Origin: a virus
Length of the DNA stretch: 42,384 bases
Reading direction: 5' to 3' (one strand)
IMG/VR virus record: IMGVR_UViG_3300045988_017255
Shown in pieces: positions 23,042 to 29,694 of this stretch (positions are counted from its first letter, which is position 1; every line of letters starts with the position of its first letter). The translations under genes and the position numbers were made by a program. The notes beneath the pieces were generated by a model. The model had not been told where the DNA came from. It did not search any database and saw only the letters and a list, made by a program, of their open reading frames with translations.

Positions 23042-23776
23042 TCAGCAGCCGCAGCCCTGATTGCAGCCGCAGCCGCCGTAACCGCTGCCCGCCCACGGGT
23101 TACAAGTAATGTAGGCAGGCGAAGGGCACGGACGCAGCTGCGAGATCAGATAGTTGTTCTGCGCGGCCTGAGATGCCGCCAGTTTCAGATTCTGATTCTC
23201 GGTCTGGAGGTCGGACAGCTTGCTCTGCGTCAGGAAGTCGAGGATGGCGCGGCTGTTCTGGTTGTTCGCGTCAATGATGTCGCGTGTGGCGTTCTGCACG
23301 GTGTTGCGCGTGTCGCACGCCTGCGTCGCCATGTCGTAGCGCACCTGCGCGATAGCTGCACGGTTTTCGCAGCAACAATTAGCGGCCTGCATCTGCATGG
23401 CGTTGAGCTGCTGCATGAGCGCCGCCTGCTGGTTGCTGCGGGAAAGCTCGGCCTGTGCAAAGCCGTTTGCCATCGCCATGTTAGTGCCGTTGACAAGCTG
23501 CGCCTGCTGGTAAAAACCGTCGCAAAGGCCCTGATTTACACTGTCGATCTTGCGCTCGACATTGGCAAAATCAGAGGTCAGCACGTAGCCGTCGACCACG
23601 CCGCTGGAATTGCCAGCGTTGTTGCCCCAGCCGTTGCCGCCCCAGCCCATTAGCACGATAAAAAACAGGATGATCCACCAGCCATTACCGCCGCCGAAAC
23701 CATCATAGCCGCCGCCCATCATGCCGGTAGGCGCAACGGGCATAATAGTGGAGGTACCACCATCAGAGAGAGCCAT
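23042..23776 (-). CDS. Membrane-anchored Gly-rich / Gln-Asn-rich protein with CCC motif and Cys-Gly C-terminus, unknown
   Basis: Contains GGGYDGFGGGNGWWIILFFIVLMGWGGNGWG (TM segment). A long Q/N-rich helical region follows, with ANCCCENR, and the protein ends GYGGCGCNQGCGC. AAGGAG SD. Confidence 0.7.
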   Translation of the reverse strand: MALSDGGTSTIMPVAPTGMMGGGYDGFGGGNGWWIILFFIVLMGWGGNGWGNNAGNSSGVVDGYVLTSDFANVERKIDSVNQGLCDGFYQQAQLVNGTNMAMANGFAQAELSRSNQQAALMQQLNAMQMQAANCCCENRAAIAQVRYDMATQACDTRNTVQNATRDIIDANNQNSRAILDFLTQSKLSDLQTENQNLKLAASQAAQNNYLISQLRPCPSPAYITCNPWAGSGYGGCGCNQGCGC

Positions 23777-23829
23777 AAAATCACTCCTTTGTTTTAAAAA
23801 ATTTTATCTAATTCGTGGCCACGAAAAGA

Positions 23830-24051
23830 TTACCGGAACAAATTCCCAAATTGGGCCGCCATGCCCTGGAGTTGGTTTAACTGATCCTGCGAGATTTGAC
23901 CGCTTTGCACAAGCCGCTCAATCTCCGCCTTGGGATCGCCTTTAAATGTCGATTTAAACTGATTAAACTGCTGTATCATCTGCGCAAAGCCGCCCATCGG
24001 GCCGGACATCCGCCCGCCGCCCAGCGCACCATAAAACGGATTACCCATCAT
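23830..24051 (-). CDS. Small Gly/Gln-rich protein (73 aa)
   Basis: MMGNPFYGALGGGRMSGPMGGFAQMIQQFNQFKSTFKGDP... Overlaps the upstream stop. Confidence 0.55.
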   Translation of the reverse strand: MMGNPFYGALGGGRMSGPMGGFAQMIQQFNQFKSTFKGDPKAEIERLVQSGQISQDQLNQLQGMAAQFGNLFR

Positions 24052-24478
24052 TATCGGTCTCCTTTACTTTTTTCGGATTTTCTGCGCCTTTTATCTCCTC
24101 CACGATTGCCGTCAGGCGGTCAAACTCTTCTCGCGTGACAAATTCAGCGCCCGGCTTTTTAGGTGTTACAGGCCCTATTTCTGCCCGCTCCTTGAGATCG
24201 TAAATCTTAAGAGATGGTTTTCCGCTGGCATCTGCCTGCTTGAGATAGACGGTAGGTGCGGTACTATCCCATAACGCAACCGCCGCGTTAGGTGCTATTA
24301 TCCAATTCCAAGCCTCCTGCTCGCCGCTTACCCATTGCACCCCGCCCTGTGCGATTGGATTTTGCGGGGCCTGTGGCGTCTGCATCATAGGCATCTGCTG
24401 CTGCCGCATCTGCATGAGTGTGTCCGGCATAGGCTGCGGGTAATAAGGGTTTTGGTAGCCGTAAGGTGTAAAAGCCAT
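24041..24478 (-). CDS. Pro/Gln-rich N-terminus protein (145 aa), unknown
   Basis: MAFTPYGYQNPYYPQPMPDTLMQMRQQQMPMMQ... then a globular part ...VYLKQADASGKPSLKIYDLKER. Confidence 0.6.
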   Translation of the reverse strand: MAFTPYGYQNPYYPQPMPDTLMQMRQQQMPMMQTPQAPQNPIAQGGVQWVSGEQEAWNWIIAPNAAVALWDSTAPTVYLKQADASGKPSLKIYDLKERAEIGPVTPKKPGAEFVTREEFDRLTAIVEEIKGAENPKKVKETDNDG

Positions 24479-24480
24479 AA

Positions 24481-24864
24481 TTATTCCATCCTTTCCGTTG
24501 TCCAGTAATATAAGGGCACTTCGCCGCCCGAATCCCAGGAATCAAAAATTACGCCATCCTGTACGCAGACCACATGCCCGGATAAAGCAAGGATATAAGT
24601 CCCTTTTGGGTGCTCCTCCGCAAACCGCGCCACCGTGTAGCAATCGGGGCATGTGTCCGGGATAATATGCCGCCGGTATCCGATACTGCGCAAGTAGGCC
24701 CCCCAACAGGCGTTAGCGTTTGGCAAATCTCCGTCCAAGTAGCCTTGCATGCACAGCCGGAGGTAAACCTCGCCCCAATCCTTTCCCGTGGCCTTACAGA
24801 TCGCACGGACAGTGCAATCTGACACGTTTTTCCCGCAGGGATTTGGATTAAAATATTTATACAT
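24481..24864 (-). CDS. Papain-like cysteine peptidase-fold protein (putative)
   Basis: MYKYFNPNPCGKNVSDCTVRAICKA (candidate Cys nucleophile) ... LSGHVVCVQDG (candidate His) ... DSWDSG. The pattern recurs in gut Firmicute phages, from memory. Confidence 0.5.
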   Translation of the reverse strand: MYKYFNPNPCGKNVSDCTVRAICKATGKDWGEVYLRLCMQGYLDGDLPNANACWGAYLRSIGYRRHIIPDTCPDCYTVARFAEEHPKGTYILALSGHVVCVQDGVIFDSWDSGGEVPLYYWTTERME

Positions 24865-24997
24865 GATCGCAATCCCTATATAGGCTTTCAGCGATTTCCA
24901 CATACGCTAAAAGCCCCCGGGGATCGTCTGCGTACAGAATGCAAATATCCTGCGCCATTTGCGCGGTAAACCCGCATTTGATTAATCGCTCGTACAT
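24857..24997 (-). CDS. Small hypothetical protein (46 aa, below the ORF-track cutoff)
   Basis: MYERLIKCGFTAQMAQDICILYADDPRGLLAYVEIAESLYRDCDHV. AAGGAGG SD. The stop overlaps the next start by 8 nt. Confidence 0.45.
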   Translation of the reverse strand: MYERLIKCGFTAQMAQDICILYADDPRGLLAYVEIAESLYRDCDHV

Positions 24998-25022
24998 ATT
25001 CCAGCCTCCTTGCCTCTATAAT

Positions 25023-25054
25023 AAAAAAAATCCGGGCAGATAAACTGCCCGGAT
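25023..25054 (-). terminator. Strong intrinsic terminator
   Basis: On the minus strand: a 10-bp stem ATCCGGGCAG / CTGCCCGGAT, loop TTTAT, then TTTTTTTT. Confidence 0.85.
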
Positions 25055-25075
25055 TCTGCCTGGATTCTGCAATGA

Positions 25076-25216
25076 TTAATTTTCTGTTTTTATTGCCTCT
25101 TTAATTAGTTTCTCGATGTAGTTCGAGACGCTGCGCCCATCCGCTTCGGCGGCGGCCTGCAGTTGGGATTTAAGCTCCGGCGTGATCCGGATTACGAGAC
25201 GGTCTGTTTTTGCCAC
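25076..25216 (-). CDS. Ribbon-helix-helix (CopG/Arc/ParD-like) DNA-binding protein, 46 aa
   Basis: GTG start at 25216 with a GGAGGT SD. (M)AKTDRLVIRITPELKSQLQAAAEADGRSVSNYIEKLIKEAIKTEN shows the beta-strand plus two-helix RHH pattern. Not in the ORF track. Confidence 0.6.
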   Translation of the reverse strand: MAKTDRLVIRITPELKSQLQAAAEADGRSVSNYIEKLIKEAIKTEN

Positions 25217-25232
25217 TTGCTACCTCCAAAAT

Positions 25233-25637
25233 TTAATCCCACATATGCGCTACGCAATATGCGCTCCATTTTTCCTCCATCTCGGATATGGCTACGTTAT
25301 AATCCTCACCCGCCAAAATTTTATGCGCAGCGGATTGACCGGCTGTGCGTTTGGCGTAATTTTCGGCCTTGCTCCACTCATCCGCCTTGAGATATGCAAC
25401 AGCTTTTGGATATTGCTTGCGCAGCGCATCAAGATCGTGAGTCGGCTTAGGGCGGACACCCATACCGCCACACGCTGCATCACCATCAAAGGACGCATTT
25501 AGTTCCCGATGCCACGCGCGTAAATCGGCCTGCGCGTTTCTGATTTCCAATAGCCCCGGAATGGCGTTTATCTTGGCCGCCAAGTCCTGCGCCTCTTGTT
25601 TTTCGGATCGCTCTTTTTCCAGTAAGTAATCCATCAT
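25233..25637 (-). CDS. Unknown 134-aa protein
   Basis: ATG at 25637 (MMDYLLEKERSEKQ...) with a GGAGGTGA SD 8 nt upstream. It starts 1 nt after the upstream stop. Confidence 0.6.
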   Translation of the reverse strand: MMDYLLEKERSEKQEAQDLAAKINAIPGLLEIRNAQADLRAWHRELNASFDGDAACGGMGVRPKPTHDLDALRKQYPKAVAYLKADEWSKAENYAKRTAGQSAAHKILAGEDYNVAISEMEEKWSAYCVAHMWD

Positions 25638-25638
25638 T

Positions 25639-25986
25639 TTAGTGCTCACCTCCATACTCTCCTGTGACATCCTCAACGTCAAAATTCCAGGAGTCCCCAT
25701 TATTAATCTCGTCCTCGGTAAGCCCCTGCAATCCATCACCGTCTTCGCCCCTGTTAGCGTTTTCGCACTCGTGCTCCCACCAAGAGATCAGTTCATCGGC
25801 ATCCTTATCTGTATAGGTATAGGCTTTGTCGCAACCACAATCGTCAAGATCAATGACATCATGGCCATCGCGCGCATCGTAACCGCCTATATCGTCAAAG
25901 CAATCGGGTTCATACCCGGCATTCCATCCGCCGCGCCAAAGGCGGAGGGTAATCTCCAGCAATCGAGTTTCGGTTTTGATAAACAT
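25639..25986 (-). CDS. Highly acidic 115-aa protein, unknown
   Basis: ATG at 25986 with an AAGGAG SD. By hand count it has about 32 Asp/Glu versus 8 Lys/Arg. Confidence 0.6.
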   Translation of the reverse strand: MFIKTETRLLEITLRLWRGGWNAGYEPDCFDDIGGYDARDGHDVIDLDDCGCDKAYTYTDKDADELISWWEHECENANRGEDGDGLQGLTEDEINNGDSWNFDVEDVTGEYGGEH

Positions 25987-26037
25987 TTGATTTGCTCCTT
26001 TCTGAATTGGCCTGTCCGTTATCTTTACTGCGGTTAC

Positions 26038-26066
26038 AATGTACGCCATTTGTACGCACAATACAA
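26038..26066 (-). promoter_or_regulatory. Candidate promoter (TTGTAT-N17-TACATT) with TGTACGC direct repeats in the spacer/-10
   Basis: On the minus strand, -35 is at 26061-26066 and -10 at 26038-26043. The plus-strand repeats TGTACGC lie at 26040-26046 and 26051-26057, 11 nt apart. Confidence 0.45.
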
Positions 26067-26075
26067 GGGGGAAAG

Positions 26076-26104
26076 TGCACAAATTTTTATTATTTTTTTG
26101 TGCA
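26076..26104. promoter_or_regulatory. Inverted repeat TGCACAAA-N13-TTTGTGCA in an AT-rich tract
   Basis: Arms at 26076-26083 and 26097-26104, upstream of the cassette promoter. Confidence 0.45.
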
Positions 26105-26142
26105 AAAACGAAAAATAGCCGCGCCCAAAAAGGGCACGGCTA
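26103..26142 (-). terminator. Strong intrinsic terminator
   Basis: On the minus strand: an 11-bp stem TAGCCGTGCCC / GGGCGCGGCTA (one G-U pair), loop TTTTT, then TTTTTCGTTTTT. Confidence 0.85.
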
Positions 26143-26145
26143 CTT

Positions 26146-26421
26146 TTAGGAATTGAATGCATCCGCCAGTTTTTGGTATGCTCGGCGGCGCAATTTGTAA
26201 AATCCATCTACGCTGATATGCAGTTTTGCCGCCGTCTGTACGCAGGTGCGGCCAAAAACGTCCACGTCAATTACACAGGTTTCCTCGTCTTCCGGTAGCC
26301 CTACCGCGCGGATCGTTTCTTTGGCGCGGCATGGCGCCATAGTGGATAGTTTTTTGCGGATCCTTTTGTGCTGATCTATCATTTCCCACGGTGTGCCGTG
26401 GAGGTGCGGATGCTTATGCAC
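26146..26421 (-). CDS. Sigma-70 region-4-like HTH protein
   Basis: The C-terminal AAKLHISVDGFYKLRRRAYQKLADAF resembles a region-4 HTH. The start is uncertain (GTG at 26421 or ATG at 26382). Confidence 0.5.
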   Translation of the reverse strand: MHKHPHLHGTPWEMIDQHKRIRKKLSTMAPCRAKETIRAVGLPEDEETCVIDVDVFGRTCVQTAAKLHISVDGFYKLRRRAYQKLADAFNS

Positions 26422-26472
26422 GGGCGTGAGGCCGGCGTAGCGATGTCCTCTGCGCCCTCCAGGTGTTTACCG

Positions 26473-27126
26473 TTACCGGATATACCCCTCAAAGCCGGCT
26501 GCCTTGAGCTTGGCCAGCATCCTCTCCGCGTTGGCGCGGACGGCAAATGCACCCACCTGCACCCGGTAGAGTTTGTCGGTGGCGGCGGGCTTAGGCTGCT
26601 CCTTCTCCTTATAGGTCACGCCGAAGTAGTCGCAGATACCCCGGGCAATGGCCTCTCCGATGTCAACCGTATGCTCCACGATCCACTTGGCGGTGGTGGC
26701 GTTGTCGTGGAACTCGCACTCGATATAGGTCGTAGGGGCGCTGGGCACCCGCACCTCGTACAGGGAGGCATCCACCCGGATATTCTCGCTGGTGCCGGGG
26801 GTCACCGGGGCCAGCCGGGAAAAGATAGCCTTGCAGGCCTTCATGCCCTCGCCGCTGCTGTTAAAGCAGAACATGCGAGTACCGCTGACCTTGCCGTTAA
26901 AGGCGTTGGTGTGGATGGGCACATGGAGATCCGCGCCGAAGGCGTTGGATTCCTTGCACTTATCCTGCATGGAGGGCATATGCCCTACCTTCACGGTCAC
27001 GCCGCTGCGCTCCAGGGCGGCGCGGCAGGCATCGGCAATTTTACCGCACTGGACGGCCTCGGTGGTGTTGCCGTAGGCATAGCGGTTGTCGGTCTGATTG
27101 CTGGGAGACAGATATACTTTAGCCAT
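26473..27126 (-). CDS. Endolysin: N-acetylmuramoyl-L-alanine amidase (Amidase_3-like) with C-terminal SPOR-like domain
   Basis: MAKVYLSPSNQ...HVPIHTNA...ECEFHDN carries amidase motifs. The C-terminal YRVQVGAFAVRANAERMLAKLKAAGFEGYI is SPOR-like. Follows the holin. Confidence 0.85.
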   Translation of the reverse strand: MAKVYLSPSNQTDNRYAYGNTTEAVQCGKIADACRAALERSGVTVKVGHMPSMQDKCKESNAFGADLHVPIHTNAFNGKVSGTRMFCFNSSGEGMKACKAIFSRLAPVTPGTSENIRVDASLYEVRVPSAPTTYIECEFHDNATTAKWIVEHTVDIGEAIARGICDYFGVTYKEKEQPKPAATDKLYRVQVGAFAVRANAERMLAKLKAAGFEGYIR

Positions 27127-27334
27127 TTTCATTTTCCTCCTTGTTATAGGTGGCGGTGGAGATGCACAGCACCGCGCCGAAAAAGGTGTCCACGGCGGTG
27201 ATGGTGGTGACGATCTCCTCCGAGTAGGGCCAGGCCCACACGGCGGACAGGGCCGCGTACAACGTGGCGATGGCCGGCAGGACGATGATGACCACCCACT
27301 TGAGAATGTCATACAGCTTGTCAGGGATTTTCAT
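27119..27334 (-). CDS. Holin (Dp-1-type)
   Basis: MKIPDKLYDILKWVVIIVLPAIATLYAALSAVWAWPY...TFFGAVLCIS. It has two TM segments and lies directly upstream of the amidase. Confidence 0.75.
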   Translation of the reverse strand: MKIPDKLYDILKWVVIIVLPAIATLYAALSAVWAWPYSEEIVTTITAVDTFFGAVLCISTATYNKEENENG

Positions 27335-27374
27335 GGTTTGCTCCTTTCTGTGCCCGATTCGGGCACCACAAAAA

Positions 27375-27626
27375 TTAATTCTTGTTTTCCAAGTCCGCGA
27401 TGCGGTGGTTGGCAACCTTGATCTGCTCCTCCAGCACCGGGACGCGCCGCGCGAAATTGTTGTGCTCCCGGACTTCGCGGGTCAGCTCCTCCAGCTTGGT
27501 ATCGGTGACGGCCTGCTGCTTGTCCAGCTTGGCTGCCACGTCTCGAGCGGTTTTGCTGCTGGTGATAAGTACCCCCAACAGCGACAGGCCGCCGGTAATC
27601 AGAGCCACGATGATTGCTTCTGTCAT
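27375..27626 (-). CDS. Membrane-anchored coiled-coil protein (XhlA-like lysis accessory?)
   Basis: N-terminal TM segment (AIIVALITGGLSLLGVLI), then a coiled coil. Confidence 0.55.
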   Translation of the reverse strand: MTEAIIVALITGGLSLLGVLITSSKTARDVAAKLDKQQAVTDTKLEELTREVREHNNFARRVPVLEEQIKVANHRIADLENKN

Positions 27627-27718
27627 TTGCTATCCTTTCCTGCCGCCAGCAGAGCGGCAATCACAAATCCTATACACGATGATGCAGGGACAATTATTAG
27701 CAGCCACAGAGGATCCAT
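27623..27718 (-). CDS. Small membrane peptide (31 aa)
   Basis: MDPLWLLIIVPASSCIGFVIAALLAAGKDSK. AAGGAGG SD. The stop overlaps the next ATG (ATGA). Confidence 0.45.
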   Translation of the reverse strand: MDPLWLLIIVPASSCIGFVIAALLAAGKDSK

Positions 27719-27731
27719 ACAGCGCACCTCC

Positions 27732-29681
27732 TTAGCTTGCAATCCATATTCCGGCGATGTAGATGTAGTACCCGGCGGCTATAGACTCTTTGGGCCGTAT
27801 CTGTATGATGCCGGAGGTGGTCAGCCTCGCATCTAATGACTTTTGGCAGTACACGCTCATAGGGTAAGTGGCCGTTGGATTGTGGTCGGTAATACTGGCA
27901 ATGTCGTATGTCGTATCCGCCGTTAGCGCAACATTGGTCTCTCCAGACACCCTCAGGATTCCGAGGCCCATCATAGCGGAGTATTTTGCCATACCGCTAA
28001 AGCCCTTCAAGTTTGATCCGGACGCGCCAATTGTCAGATTGGCAGGCCCAAGGCCCAGCAGCGTCAGGGTACCCGCCACATCGTCGTAACGAATCACGCT
28101 GCGGCTGTTTTGGGCGTCGTAAACGCCCCAAGCTGCTGTGGATTCCCCGTTGCCGCCGTATACGCCCACATTGTGCGGATTTGCGGCTCCGTCCGTGGTT
28201 TGAAAATAGATGTCTTTTTCCGTGTCTGATTTTTTGTATCCGCCCATGTAGACAAACCGATCCGCATAGATTGACTTGTCAAAGTAGGCATCCAGCCCCA
28301 CCTGGAATGCCTTGGTTTTATCGTCATCGCACAGTCGGCCAATCCCAACGGATGATTTTGATTTTGCTAAGTGCTGCAGCACAAAGGACGCTGAAATGTC
28401 CCGCATGCTGGAATTGCTGGTGCTAAAAGCATCCGTTGCCACCACACGCACTGTGTAGCGCTTATTTGTATCGGCTGGGAAAATAGTGGTGATGTTTTTG
28501 GGGGCATACTTATCGGCCTCCGGTATCGTCGGCGTTACCTCCGTCCATAATCCCGTGCCACCATATTCCAGATACTGCACCGTGTAAGCCGCCGTGTTTT
28601 TGTTAGATAGCGGGGTAATGGCGGCGGTAAAGGTGACTTTACCGTACTCCCCCGTTCGGCTCGCTGTGCCATTTTGCGTGCAGCGGGTGGCCGAGATATC
28701 CGAGATGGTGGGAACGCTGTAGGGCTTAACGGTATAATCAATTGATGTTGTAGCCGTGCGCCCCCGACTATCTGTTACCGTGCATGTGACATACACAGTG
28801 CCGTGGTAAGGTAAAAGCCCCGTTGTGCCGGTCGCCGCAGATGCGGTATACAGTGTGCCGGAGCCAGCCGACCAGCCCACCTTAATGCTGTAAGATTTGA
28901 TGGTGCTGCCCTGCGCGCCCGTGCCAGTGATTTCAACTTTGATTTTACTGAGCCGCTGCAGGAAATACCCGGTATATTTTGTTTTGTTGCCCGTTGGGTC
29001 AGTTACGGACACTGACAGCGTTGGCGCCACGCTTGCCGGGATTGATAGCGTCACCGCACACTCCGACCGCCCCACATAAGCGGTGCCGTTGTAAGTCTCA
29101 CAGATGATCGTTGCCGCCAGTTTTGTGCTGTTGGGCGCATTAGCAGCCAGGCTAACAGGAGGAGTCCAGGAGTAAGTTCCCGCTGTGCCATCATATCCCG
29201 TGAGCCGCACAGCGCTTTTGCTGCCAATCTTGTAATAGAGCTTGTCGCTAAAGCTTGTGCTCTTGCGGTCGATTGTGATTTTAAGGGCCGTGCCGAGTGT
29301 GCCTGTGCTGGGCGCTGATACAGCGGATGCGCGTGGGATGGTGTCCAGCGTCAGCGTCTTGGTCTGCGTAATCACACCGGCGCTAATCTCCGTGTCCATC
29401 CACGTCTCCACCTTGATGCTGCCGGTACCGTCCGCTTTGTGGTTAACGGTGATGGTGGTGTCCAAGATGGTCTTGGTGGTATTTTGCGGCAGCGTAAACG
29501 CCACTGTATGCTCGGTCCTTGTGCCGCCATTAATGGTGATGTAGTAATACGCCTTATCACCGGGGGCGTTGTTATAGCTGGATCCGGTCTGTTGTGATGT
29601 CCATTTGACGCGGACTTTGGAGGTGTTGTTGGCTATGGATTGGCCAACTTGCTCCAATGTTAAACTTTGATTTACGCTCAT
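27732..29681 (-). CDS. Tail fibre / receptor-binding protein (DUF859-like N-terminus)
   Basis: 649 aa, the last tail gene before the lysis cassette. The N-terminal pattern VRVKWTSQQTGSSYNN...YYYITINGG... is typical of this siphovirus family. Confidence 0.7.
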   Translation of the reverse strand: MSVNQSLTLEQVGQSIANNTSKVRVKWTSQQTGSSYNNAPGDKAYYYITINGGTRTEHTVAFTLPQNTTKTILDTTITVNHKADGTGSIKVETWMDTEISAGVITQTKTLTLDTIPRASAVSAPSTGTLGTALKITIDRKSTSFSDKLYYKIGSKSAVRLTGYDGTAGTYSWTPPVSLAANAPNSTKLAATIICETYNGTAYVGRSECAVTLSIPASVAPTLSVSVTDPTGNKTKYTGYFLQRLSKIKVEITGTGAQGSTIKSYSIKVGWSAGSGTLYTASAATGTTGLLPYHGTVYVTCTVTDSRGRTATTSIDYTVKPYSVPTISDISATRCTQNGTASRTGEYGKVTFTAAITPLSNKNTAAYTVQYLEYGGTGLWTEVTPTIPEADKYAPKNITTIFPADTNKRYTVRVVATDAFSTSNSSMRDISASFVLQHLAKSKSSVGIGRLCDDDKTKAFQVGLDAYFDKSIYADRFVYMGGYKKSDTEKDIYFQTTDGAANPHNVGVYGGNGESTAAWGVYDAQNSRSVIRYDDVAGTLTLLGLGPANLTIGASGSNLKGFSGMAKYSAMMGLGILRVSGETNVALTADTTYDIASITDHNPTATYPMSVYCQKSLDARLTTSGIIQIRPKESIAAGYYIYIAGIWIAS

Positions 29682-29694
29682 CGTAACAATCCCC

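Noticed and set aside
23812-23825. Perfect 14-bp palindrome TTCGTGGCCACGAA between two accessory genes.
   Set aside because: It is a single short palindrome with no partner sites and only a weak downstream U-run. It may be a minor attenuator or operator, but the sequence alone does not support a call.
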